Source: Deltaproteobacteria bacterium
GTDB taxonomy: Bacteria > Myxococcota_A > Polyangia > HGW-17
Assembly: GCA_016937155.1 (NCBI GenBank)
Contig: JAFGWM010000085.1
Coordinates: forward strand, 11,733 to 75,732
Length of the DNA: 64,000 nt
Direction of reading: 5' to 3'
The number at the start of each line of letters is the position of its first letter. Position 1 is the stretch's first letter. The position numbers and the translations under genes are program-made. Of the stretch, positions 36,102 through 45,124 are shown piece after piece. Below the pieces are notes generated by a model. That model saw only the letters and a program-made list of their open reading frames with translations, ran no database searches and had not been told where the DNA came from.

Positions 36102-38223
36102 CTGTCTGATTCATATACCACTGATGAGCAAGACCTAAAATTGTATTTGTAAGAATATACAGTGTCAGTCCTGATGGGAGGAAAAGCATGATTCCAGTAA
36201 ACATAACAGGCATGAAATACATCATCATTTTAGCCTGCTGGTTGTCACCTGATGTCGGAGTGATCTTCTGCTGAATAAACATTAAAATACCCATAAGAAC
36301 CGGCAATACAAAATATGGGTCTTTTCCCGTAAGATCATCAATCCAACCGAATAGTGGAGCTCGGTAGAGTTCAACACTGGCCATAAGAGCATAATACCAT
36401 GCTATATAGATGGGCATTTGCAGAAACATGGGAAGACACCCGCCGAGAGGATTGACACCATGTTTTTTATAAAGAGCCATGATCTCTTCATTCAATTTTG
36501 CTTTGTCCCCGGCGTACTTTTTATTAAGCTCATCCATCTCGGGTTTGAGAGATGCCATTTTCTTCATACTTCTCATAGACTTATTAGTCCAGTAGAGCGT
36601 AGCAAGTTTGATGAGAATAGTCAGAAAAATTATAGCGAGACCCCAGTTTCCAAGAAAACCGTACACTATTTTAAGTAGCCAGATCATTGGCTTTCCAATA
36701 AACCAGAAAATGCCGAAATCCACACTTTCAGACAGTTTCGGATCCGCTGATGGTTCCTCCTTGGAGCCAGCTTCCGGTACCTTTTCAAAAATTTTAACTC
36801 TGTTGAGATGATTCAGGTCTTTGGGACCAATGAAAATTTTAAGAGGAAGTCGTTCAACCTGGCCAGGTTCGAGAACTTTCTTGCCTTTCATTGACATGGT
36901 TGTAATTATCAGGCCATAACCCGGCATTTCCTTGATAGGAACAGCCCTGAATGCACAACCACCATCATCAGCAGTATAGTTTTTGACAACGGCCATCAGA
37001 AAATATCTTGCATCAATTCCAGCCCATCTGGCACCCTTTGCAAAAACACTCTGCTTTGAATTTGTTCTGTTACAACTGCATCCGTCTGTACATCCGCTGC
37101 ATCCCCCACAACCGGATTTCGGACCACTCAAAATAGCTTGATAGCTCTGAACCTGTATACCATCAGAATCAAGACATATTGCTTCTTTTTGAACTGATAC
37201 CGGATTGAAAAATCCCCTTTCAGCCTCATCTTCATGAAGTGAGGGCACCTGAATTTCAATTTTTTTAACAGAGACTTTACTGTTTGTTATATTTTTAAAG
37301 TATACATCCAGCCCTATTTCATAACTATCCCTGTTGAATGTGTATACTTTTCTAATCTCCACAGGAAAACAGTTCTCTTCGGAACCGGATGAGGGAAGAC
37401 ACGGCTTGTCAGTATGAAGTTTCAGAGTAATTATGGTTTTATCACCTGATTCTTTTCTGGACTCCACTTCCCACTTCTGCTCAAGATAAAGATTTCTGGC
37501 CACGTTTGTCACGTGATAAAATGTATGGTTTTCAAGTGCTTCCGCATGCTTTTCAATCTGGATATTGCTGAATACAAAAGGAAGAAAACTGCTGTGCCAT
37601 GTTTTTATCATATCGATGGGATTCAGTTCACGTTCTCTCAGTCCTTTTTTGAGACTTTTTCTGGGTATTACATTTTCCTTAAAAGAAGGATGTTTAAAAG
37701 AAAAAGAACTGAAAACGCCACCATGAATCGTTAACTGGGCTTTGTAATACTTGTTTTCAAAATAGAGTTTGGCATCACTGGCAGATGTAACGTCATGAGC
37801 AGCCGGGGCACTTGTGTGATAAAAAGGACCTGTTTTCTTGCCTTTTGTGAAACTTGGTGCACTTTCAGCCTTTTTCTGCTCAACTCCTTGTGGAGCAGCA
37901 GGGGAAGCCTTCTCTTTTTCGACCTTTACAGCATCCTTTTTTGCCTCATTAGTTGCCGAAGAAAGTTCTGTGGCATCACCTGACTTCATTTCCGCGGGTA
38001 CTGCAGAAGGAACAATATTTTTTGGCTCAGATTTTACTACAGAACCGGTCTTATTATTGTCTCCAGTTTTTCCATGGACGATCTTATCTGCTGGAACTGC
38101 CATGACAGGTGTTGCCATCACGGAATTGGTTTTCCCCGTGGTAGCTGTCTTCTCCTGGGCACAAACGCCCCAAGCACTTACCAGCACAATTACAAAAACT
38201 CCCCATGCAATAATATTTTTCAT
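36088..38223 (-). CDS. yidC: membrane protein insertase YidC
   Basis: Conserved C-terminal 5-TM insertase core. Own start MKNIIAWG with GAGGA RBS located inside the yidD reading frame. Confidence 0.85.
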   Translation of the reverse strand: MKNIIAWGVFVIVLVSAWGVCAQEKTATTGKTNSVMATPVMAVPADKIVHGKTGDNNKTGSVVKSEPKNIVPSAVPAEMKSGDATELSSATNEAKKDAVKVEKEKASPAAPQGVEQKKAESAPSFTKGKKTGPFYHTSAPAAHDVTSASDAKLYFENKYYKAQLTIHGGVFSSFSFKHPSFKENVIPRKSLKKGLRERELNPIDMIKTWHSSFLPFVFSNIQIEKHAEALENHTFYHVTNVARNLYLEQKWEVESRKESGDKTIITLKLHTDKPCLPSSGSEENCFPVEIRKVYTFNRDSYEIGLDVYFKNITNSKVSVKKIEIQVPSLHEDEAERGFFNPVSVQKEAICLDSDGIQVQSYQAILSGPKSGCGGCSGCTDGCSCNRTNSKQSVFAKGARWAGIDARYFLMAVVKNYTADDGGCAFRAVPIKEMPGYGLIITTMSMKGKKVLEPGQVERLPLKIFIGPKDLNHLNRVKIFEKVPEAGSKEEPSADPKLSESVDFGIFWFIGKPMIWLLKIVYGFLGNWGLAIIFLTILIKLATLYWTNKSMRSMKKMASLKPEMDELNKKYAGDKAKLNEEIMALYKKHGVNPLGGCLPMFLQMPIYIAWYYALMASVELYRAPLFGWIDDLTGKDPYFVLPVLMGILMFIQQKITPTSGDNQQAKMMMYFMPVMFTGIMLFLPSGLTLYILTNTILGLAHQWYMNQTDDNA

Positions 38224-38475
38224 TGAAAATCCTCTATCCGATGTTGTTTGTGAGGGTGGTGGATCATATCCGCCTCTTGAAAAGGGGTTGCATCTGAGAA
38301 CACGCCAGATACTGTATAACATACCGATAAGCACTCCCTTGTTCTGAATGGACTCATACGCATAATGACTGCATGTCGGAAAATACCGACATGTTGGAGT
38401 CCTCTTCATGGGCGATAAGTATCTCTGATACACCCTTATCAGTTTTAACAGTAATTTTTTTATCAATTCGGTCAC
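38224..38475 (-). CDS. yidD: membrane protein insertion efficiency factor YidD (in-frame with yidC, no stop)
   Basis: YQRYLSP...CRYFPTCSHYAYESI hallmark; reading continues ...SDRGFS-MKNII into yidC without a stop. Confidence 0.75.
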
Positions 38476-38858
38476 TCACCGCTATGGGAATCAAGGTGTT
38501 CAATAAAACATGATATATTATCCAGCAACTCACAAAACACAACTTCCTGCAGACCTCTTCTGGGAATGCAGACTACATCCACATTAAATCGATAAAATCC
38601 ATCCGCCTTAAGACGAACAGCTTCCCTCATTCTCCGTTTGATTCTGTTGCGTTTTACTGAATTACCGTTTTTTCGGGATACAGTAAAACCAAATCGCATG
38701 TGATCTGATTCTGTGTATCCGTACAAAAAAATAATGTGATCAGTCGAAAATCGCAGGCCGGAACTTTGAACGGTGAGGAAATCTGCTCTTTTTAAGAGTC
38801 TGAAATTTCTTGGAAATGAAAAAGGCTTCAACTCAGTCCTTTCCAAGACCTGCACCAT
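38472..38858 (-). CDS. rnpA: ribonuclease P protein component
   Basis: FPRNFRLLKRADFLTV and basic RNA-binding stretch KRNRIKRRMRE; ATG immediately after the rpmH TAA. Confidence 0.8.
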   Translation of the reverse strand: MVQVLERTELKPFSFPRNFRLLKRADFLTVQSSGLRFSTDHIIFLYGYTESDHMRFGFTVSRKNGNSVKRNRIKRRMREAVRLKADGFYRFNVDVVCIPRRGLQEVVFCELLDNISCFIEHLDSHSGE

Positions 38859-39008
38859 TTACTTCTTGAATGCTGAAACGGTCAAGGATTTTCTGCCTCT
38901 TGATCTTCTTCTGGCAAGAACTTTTCTACCGTTCTTTGTAGACATTCTTTGTCTGAAACCATGAGTTCTTAGCCTTGATGTTGTATGTGGCTGATATGGT
39001 CTTTTCAT
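38859..39008 (-). CDS. rpmH: 50S ribosomal protein L34
   Basis: Hand-translated: [49 protein letters not shown]; GGAGG RBS. Not in the ORF track because it is under 60 aa. Confidence 0.88.
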   Translation of the reverse strand: MKRPYQPHTTSRLRTHGFRQRMSTKNGRKVLARRRSRGRKSLTVSAFKK

Positions 39009-39322
39009 CTTACTACCTCCAAATTAAAACAGTAACGGACCAGAACACTATAGTTGGGATCCGAAATCAGGAAGCTGATAGCACCATCCCGGACTAAAGT
39101 CAATGAAAACCTTATGACATCATGCGGCAAAATTCAATGATGCTGAAAAAACTGCTGTTAATGCTCAAAGAATTTTCGTTTATTTTCCTCCTGATCTATT
39201 TCTATCGGTATTCATTCACTGGAAAATTTAAATTTTAGTCACGCTGATTTCCAACAGATACTGTTTCCAAAATGATATTCCCGATACAATTCACCTGTTT
39301 TATTGGTTAACTCCATTATTTA

Positions 39323-39351
39323 TTGACCGGATTCGTTTATCGACTTAATAT
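39323..39351 (+). promoter_or_regulatory. near-consensus sigma70-type promoter TTGACC-N17-TAATAT upstream of the roadblock operon
   Basis: Hexamers and 17-nt spacer read directly; this would give a ~175-nt 5' UTR before the ATG at 39535. Confidence 0.35.
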
Positions 39352-39534
39352 CAGTCAACCCTGAGGAAGGGTAACACGTAAGGATACTGCTGGAAATCAA
39401 GTGGCGTATTTGTTGTTTTTATATGTATTTCAAATAATTATGGTCGTTTCTATCACCATTTGTTTGAAGTAGTTTGTTGTTGCTATTTACAGTACTTATT
39501 CTGTTTTAGGATAATCTGAAGGCTGGAGGAATAT

Positions 39535-39885
39535 ATGTTTAAAGAGCACCTCAGAAAAATAGTAGAAAATGTTGAAGGTGCAAAAGCCGCACTTCTGATG
39601 GAATTTGATGGTATTCAGGTTGACAGTTATGCTCAGGGTGACGTTGACATAATAACCCTCGGTACTGAATTCTCACAACTGATGACACACGTGAAACGGA
39701 CAGCCTCAATACTTGAAGTTGGAGATCTTGAGGAAATGATGGTGAAAACAGAAGATCTTATTCTCGTTTTCAGAGTTGTAAACAGTGATTATTTTCTTAC
39801 CACTGCCCTCTCCTCAGATGGTAATTTTGGAAAAGCGAGATTTGTATTAAGATTGACAGTTCCAAGAATAATGGAGGAATTCTAG
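39535..39885 (+). CDS. Roadblock/LC7-domain protein (MglB-like)
   Basis: 116 aa; GAKAALLMEFDGIQV...LILVFRVV pattern of roadblock/LC7; GGAGGA RBS. Confidence 0.8.
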   Translation: MFKEHLRKIVENVEGAKAALLMEFDGIQVDSYAQGDVDIITLGTEFSQLMTHVKRTASILEVGDLEEMMVKTEDLILVFRVVNSDYFLTTALSSDGNFGKARFVLRLTVPRIMEEF

Positions 39886-39923
39886 TTTTAATTCAGAAAC
39901 TGTAACCATTAATTCAGGAGATT

Positions 39924-42872
39924 TTGGTATTGGCTTCATTCAATAAAGAAAAAGTTGCGGAGAATGCCCAGAAATTTCTCAAAAAAAATCAACTCCGTAA
40001 AGCTTTGACAGAATACAAGAAAATAGTTGAAAATGATCCAACTGACATGCGTTACTGGAAAAAGATTGGAGACCTTCAGGTTCGTAGTGGTGACAAAGCC
40101 GGTGCCATTGAAACTTATCTGAGGGTAAGTGATGATTTTTTCAAAAATGGTTTCTTCTCAAAAGCTCTTGCCATATTGAAACAGATCCAATCTATGGATC
40201 CCACTATCCCTGAGGTTTATACAAAACTTGCAGATGTATACGCGTCTACAGATCTGGCTCCTGATGCACTTTTTCAACTGGAGAAACTCTGCAGGATTTA
40301 TGAAAATAGTGGTGATATTGACAAGTTAATCACAACACTTGAGAAAATGGCTGAGATTGATCCCGGTAAAATTGTTCACAGAATACATCTTGCGGAAACA
40401 TACAGTAAACTTGGAAGAAAACGCGAAGCGGCTCTCAATTTCAGGAAAGTAGCTGACTTTTTATTCGAACAGAATAACGAAACCGATTTTATTCGTGTAG
40501 CCGAACGCCTTTTATATCACGATCCTGATGACATAAAAACAATTAAGCGTTTAGCTGAAAGCTATCTGAAAACTAATAATGCACAAAAAGTTCTGAAAAA
40601 ACTTCTGCAGATTTATCAGTCAAATCCCGATGACATAGAAACCCTGCACCTTCTTGCAAGGGTGTTTTTATCCTCCGGGAAAAGCGATAAAGCAATTTTC
40701 ATCTACAAGGAACTGGCAAAACTTCATGTACAATTGGGAAATAAGGACAAATCCAACGTTGTGTGGAAACGGATTCTCGAGATAGATCCCGATGATACTG
40801 ATGCAAGAAAAGTAATTTATGGTGAGGAAGAAGAAATTTCTGTACCCATAGAAGCAATTGAAATTGAAGATATTGAAGATACGAATGAACCATCTTTTGT
40901 GGAACTGGAAGAAGATGAAATCATAGAAGTTGATGATTTAATAGAAGTCGAGGATGAAGTTGAGGATAAGGAGATTGAGTCCACCAAGCTGCTTGATGAA
41001 AGCGAGGCATTTCTAAAATACGGACTGTTCGACAAAGCCGAGGATAATCTCGAGAAAATTTCTGACAAGGAAAGCATCAGGTTTCTTGATATATCAAAGG
41101 AAATTGCAGTCAGGAAAGGGAAGAAAACACAGGCGATAGATCTTCTGAAAGTACTTGCGAATAAAACTTTTAACAGTGATCGAAAAAAATCAGTTGGTTA
41201 TGCAACCGAGGCTCTGATGATTCAACCGGATCTTAACTGGGCTGAAGATATAATGAATGCCCAGACGGCAAGATCCAAGCCAATGTCAACACTGGAAATT
41301 GCAGCTGCACTTGATATGGATGACGCGCTCGATATGCTGGATGAAATCGGAATTAATCCCATGGAACTTGATGCGGATGATATTCTACTGGATTCTGCCT
41401 TCAAATCCAAGGATATCCAAATTCACTCCGATGAAGAAGTCGAAGCTGCGGTATCAGAAAAAGAGAAAAATTTAAAAAACTCTCAGAACATTTATACCAT
41501 CGGAGATCCAGATGAAGAGAATGATTTGGATGAAATGCTTGAAGCATTGAAAAACCTGACAACTGGAGACCTTCCTGAGTACTCCGAAGATGAAAGCTCC
41601 GTTGATTCAGTTCCTGTGAATGATATAGTTCTGGACACCAGCGGATTTGAAATTGAAGACTTCAGTATTGAAATGGATGAACTGGCAGCACTACAGGAAG
41701 CCAGTCAGAGTTTTATAAGGATCAATGAACTTTCCAAAGAGGAAATCCGTCTGGACTCACTAAGAGGTAAGCCTGAAAATCAGGAGGCTGATTCTTCAAT
41801 TGATGATATTCCAATGGAAGTGGAAAACGAGGCTTCTTTTTCTGATATTGATCCATTTGAGGATTTTTCTCTTGGTGACCTTGATGATTCAACCCCCGCT
41901 GGAGAAATTAGTAACACAGAGACAAAAACACCCAGACCTGAAGACAGTCAGTTTGAACCATCCATGGATAGTTATGAAAAGTTGATGAGCTTCTCCGACA
42001 GAGTCCGTACAGAACTTTCAGACTTCACAACCGAAGATACAGGTTCCGGAAATGAGCCAGCACCTGTTGCTGACACTCCGGATGAAGAGCCTGAACTCTC
42101 AGCTGAAGCTCAGGAAGCTATCAATGAAATAGACTTCTTTCTGGATATGGATTTGATAGATGATGCTCTTCTGGCAGCACGTGAGCTTTATTCCAGGAAC
42201 AACCACTCTCAAATTAGACAGAAGTTAAATGATATTTTAGTTATGGCCGGAGAGGAACCAGAACCTGATACGGAGAAGAACTCAGAGAATCCTCACATTT
42301 CTGAAAAACTGGAAATTTCTGAATTGGAACCGGTTATTGAATCAGAATCATCTGCTGTTTCTGAAGAGGAAGATCTGGCTTTTGATTTTAATGATGAGGA
42401 GGTCACTGCCATACAGGAACTTGATTTCCTTAAGGAACATTCCGATGATGAAACCATAAGAACTGATTCAAAAAATGAATCCGTAAGAATTGAAACAGAA
42501 ACACCTGTTGGTGATGCAAATACGCACTTTGACCTCGGACTTGCGTACAAGGAAATGGGACTTATTAATCAGGCACTTGAAGAATTCAAGTTAGCAATGG
42601 AAGCCCCAGGAGCCTACGTCAAATCAAGTATCATGATTGCCAAATGTATGCTTGAACAGGGAGAAGTGTCCAAAGCCGCTAATGAGTTGAAAGCCGTATT
42701 GCATTCTGATTCAATAAATCCAGATGAAGAACTTGATATTTATTTTGAACTGGGCAAAATCTATTCTGATCTGGATGATAAAAATGAAGCTTTATATTAT
42801 TTCAAGAAAATTGTCAGAAAAGATCCCGATTACCGCGGGGTCAACCGTTTCATTTCTGAACTTGAACAATAA
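39924..42872 (+). CDS. large TPR protein with central poly-acidic region
   Basis: N- and C-terminal TPR-like helical repeats flank an ~500-aa Glu/Asp-rich low-complexity segment. Non-ATG (TTG) start; the exact start is uncertain (39924 or 39930). Confidence 0.7.
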   Translation: MVLASFNKEKVAENAQKFLKKNQLRKALTEYKKIVENDPTDMRYWKKIGDLQVRSGDKAGAIETYLRVSDDFFKNGFFSKALAILKQIQSMDPTIPEVYTKLADVYASTDLAPDALFQLEKLCRIYENSGDIDKLITTLEKMAEIDPGKIVHRIHLAETYSKLGRKREAALNFRKVADFLFEQNNETDFIRVAERLLYHDPDDIKTIKRLAESYLKTNNAQKVLKKLLQIYQSNPDDIETLHLLARVFLSSGKSDKAIFIYKELAKLHVQLGNKDKSNVVWKRILEIDPDDTDARKVIYGEEEEISVPIEAIEIEDIEDTNEPSFVELEEDEIIEVDDLIEVEDEVEDKEIESTKLLDESEAFLKYGLFDKAEDNLEKISDKESIRFLDISKEIAVRKGKKTQAIDLLKVLANKTFNSDRKKSVGYATEALMIQPDLNWAEDIMNAQTARSKPMSTLEIAAALDMDDALDMLDEIGINPMELDADDILLDSAFKSKDIQIHSDEEVEAAVSEKEKNLKNSQNIYTIGDPDEENDLDEMLEALKNLTTGDLPEYSEDESSVDSVPVNDIVLDTSGFEIEDFSIEMDELAALQEASQSFIRINELSKEEIRLDSLRGKPENQEADSSIDDIPMEVENEASFSDIDPFEDFSLGDLDDSTPAGEISNTETKTPRPEDSQFEPSMDSYEKLMSFSDRVRTELSDFTTEDTGSGNEPAPVADTPDEEPELSAEAQEAINEIDFFLDMDLIDDALLAARELYSRNNHSQIRQKLNDILVMAGEEPEPDTEKNSENPHISEKLEISELEPVIESESSAVSEEEDLAFDFNDEEVTAIQELDFLKEHSDDETIRTDSKNESVRIETETPVGDANTHFDLGLAYKEMGLINQALEEFKLAMEAPGAYVKSSIMIAKCMLEQGEVSKAANELKAVLHSDSINPDEELDIYFELGKIYSDLDDKNEALYYFKKIVRKDPDYRGVNRFISELEQ

Positions 42873-42892
42873 AACCGCAAAAGAGGTTTGTG

Positions 42893-44272
42893 ATGGCCGG
42901 TGAAAAAATTCTTGTCATTGATGACAGCCCCACAATTCTGAAAGTAGTTGAACTGGTTCTCACAAAGGCTGGTTTCAAAATTGTCAGTGCTGCCGATGGC
43001 GTGGAAGGAATCGAAAAAGCTGAATCAGAAATGCCTGACATGATTCTGCTGGATTTTGTTATGCCCAAACTTAACGGTTACCAGGTATGCAAACATCTGA
43101 GTGAAGATGATAATTTGAAGGATATCCCTGTGGTTCTAATGAGTGCCAAAGGAGAACAGGTGGGAGAGCGCTTCGTAAAAGTGATGGGAATAGTTGACTA
43201 TATCACAAAGCCCTTCAGCCCCGAGGCAATTACTGCTGTTGTTACCCACACACTTTCGAGAATCAGCGGAGAAGTGGAGCAACCTCCTGCTATACCTCAG
43301 ACAAGAGAAGAAGCTATGGAGGAAGCTGATTCCGAGACAAAATTATGGAAACAGGCTCTGTCCAGAATGCGTGGTAATATTTCCAGAACCGTTGCTGGTT
43401 CAATCAAGTCTGCTTTTACAATAGATGCTGCCCCGGACATCATTGTTTCAGAAATAAAAAGTGCTCTGACTGATAATTTTCTTGAAGCATGTCTTGGGGA
43501 ACTGAGAAGTCAATCACCAAAACTACTGCATGAGGAGGACAGCGGACTTACAGGTGATTTATCAATTATACCTGTGTCTGAAATATTTGTTCTTCTGCAG
43601 AGCCAAAAACAGACAGGTGCATTTACTGCCAGTATGGGGAATTCAAAAGTTGATATATATTTCAACGGGGGGAAAGTGGATCTGGCAAGTGCTGCAGGTG
43701 TCAGTGATGAATATCTTCTGGGACGCTATATTATTGAACTTGAATTGATGTCCAGAGACGAACTCGATGATTTCCTTTCGGACCCGGAAAATAGAAGTCT
43801 TCTGGGACTTCAGTTGATAAAATCCGGAAGGCTGGGTACAAAGGATGTCAAGCAGGCGATGTCCATGCAGACAAAAGAGCTTTGCTATGAGCTGCTAAGA
43901 TGGGATTCAGGAAGATTTACTTTCAGGAAAATTAAAGAACTCCCTGCTGTGGCAATAGAAGCTAATCTTGGATTAAGTATAGATGGTATCCTAATGGAAG
44001 GTTTCCGAAAAGTCGACGAATGGCATGTCATTGAAAGGGAAATTGATGATTTTGATTTGGTACTTCTCAGAAATGATGATGCAATTGTACAGATAGGAAG
44101 ACACAGACTCGAAAAAGATGAACTGACGGTACTTGAACTGATAAACGGAAGAAATACTGTCAGGGATATTATCAGAAAGAGTCGAATGGGCTCTTTTGAT
44201 GTAACTAAAATGCTGTACAGACTTCTCAGTGCCAAGCTGGTCCGGAAAAGAGTAAGTGCCGTCGCAACATGA
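42893..44272 (+). CDS. response regulator with REC plus DUF4388 domain
   Basis: REC (ILVIDDSPT...DMILLDFVMPKLNG) followed by GDLSIIPVSEIFVLLQSQKQTGAFT (DUF4388-type). AAGAGG RBS; ATG at 42893 is preferred over GTG at 42890. Confidence 0.8.
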   Translation: MAGEKILVIDDSPTILKVVELVLTKAGFKIVSAADGVEGIEKAESEMPDMILLDFVMPKLNGYQVCKHLSEDDNLKDIPVVLMSAKGEQVGERFVKVMGIVDYITKPFSPEAITAVVTHTLSRISGEVEQPPAIPQTREEAMEEADSETKLWKQALSRMRGNISRTVAGSIKSAFTIDAAPDIIVSEIKSALTDNFLEACLGELRSQSPKLLHEEDSGLTGDLSIIPVSEIFVLLQSQKQTGAFTASMGNSKVDIYFNGGKVDLASAAGVSDEYLLGRYIIELELMSRDELDDFLSDPENRSLLGLQLIKSGRLGTKDVKQAMSMQTKELCYELLRWDSGRFTFRKIKELPAVAIEANLGLSIDGILMEGFRKVDEWHVIEREIDDFDLVLLRNDDAIVQIGRHRLEKDELTVLELINGRNTVRDIIRKSRMGSFDVTKMLYRLLSAKLVRKRVSAVAT

Positions 44273-44310
44273 AAATTCAGAAATTTCTGATTTAGTTAAG
44301 TAGGTAAAAA

Positions 44311-44682
44311 ATGGCAACTATATTGGTAGCTGATGATTCCCCAACTTCCAGAAAGGCGATTTCGTCTGTACTGGAACCTCTGGGCCATGAAATTATTCAA
44401 GCCTATGACGGAGCTGAAGCTTGGGAAAAAATTCAAATTTCAAAGCCGGATATTGTAATTCTTGATATACTCATGCCCAAGATTGGGGGTTTTGAGCTTT
44501 CAAGACAAATTAAAACCACGTCAAACCTCTCCCATATTGGGATTATTATTCTTACCTCACTTAAGCAGCAAACAAATAAATACTGGGGACTTAAACAGGG
44601 GGCAGACTTTTATCTGACAAAACCTGCTCATCCCAGAGAACTTGTTTCCTGCATTGAGTCACTGATGGAGACGGGCAGTTGA
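44311..44682 (+). CDS. single-domain CheY-like response regulator
   Basis: ILVADDSPTSRK...DIVILDILMPKIGG...K receiver motifs. Confidence 0.85.
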   Translation: MATILVADDSPTSRKAISSVLEPLGHEIIQAYDGAEAWEKIQISKPDIVILDILMPKIGGFELSRQIKTTSNLSHIGIIILTSLKQQTNKYWGLKQGADFYLTKPAHPRELVSCIESLMETGS

Positions 44683-45116
44683 CATCTTTCAAAGTTGTAG
44701 TTTTTCGACTTGGAGACCGATTCGCCGCACTTGAAGAGAAATATTCTGAAGAATTCTTTGTTTTAAACCATATCACCAGGGTTCCAGTTGCTCCTCCATA
44801 TATGGGAAATATATGCAACTGGCAGGGCAATATAATACCTGTAATTGATATTTCACCTTTTTTTGGTGAAAAAGCCAGAAGTGTTGTCACAAAACTTGTT
44901 GCAATTGCAGTGAACACTTCAGGGAAAGACAATCTGTTTTCTCTTGTAACTGACGGAGTAGAGGGAGTTTATGAACTCACAGACAAAACAGAAGAGAAAA
45001 ATGATTTACCCTTTTTCTCATCTAATCTGTTAGAGTTCAGAGGCGGAGATATTTATATGATTTCTCCGTTTATAATTGAAAAATTTATTACAAACCATCT
45101 TAAAAAGATAATTTGA
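44679..45116 (+). CDS. cheW: CheW-like coupling protein
   Basis: CheW-domain pattern (VVVFRLGDRFAALE...IIPVIDI). TTG start overlapping the CheY stop (TTGA). Confidence 0.75.
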   Translation: MTSFKVVVFRLGDRFAALEEKYSEEFFVLNHITRVPVAPPYMGNICNWQGNIIPVIDISPFFGEKARSVVTKLVAIAVNTSGKDNLFSLVTDGVEGVYELTDKTEEKNDLPFFSSNLLEFRGGDIYMISPFIIEKFITNHLKKII

Positions 45117-45124
45117 GAAAAGCG

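Noticed and set aside
37838-38347. 169-aa plus-strand ORF and several 60-90-aa ORFs inside yidC
   Set aside because: Antisense to a strongly conserved gene; Ala/Ser-rich composition typical of reverse-frame noise.
39021-39534. Possible oriC upstream of rpmH (largest intergenic region, classic oriC neighbourhood)
   Set aside because: No TTATCCACA/TGTGGATAA-like 9-mers with fewer than 2 mismatches and no dnaA or dnaN adjacent; better explained as promoter/leader space for rpmH and the roadblock operon.
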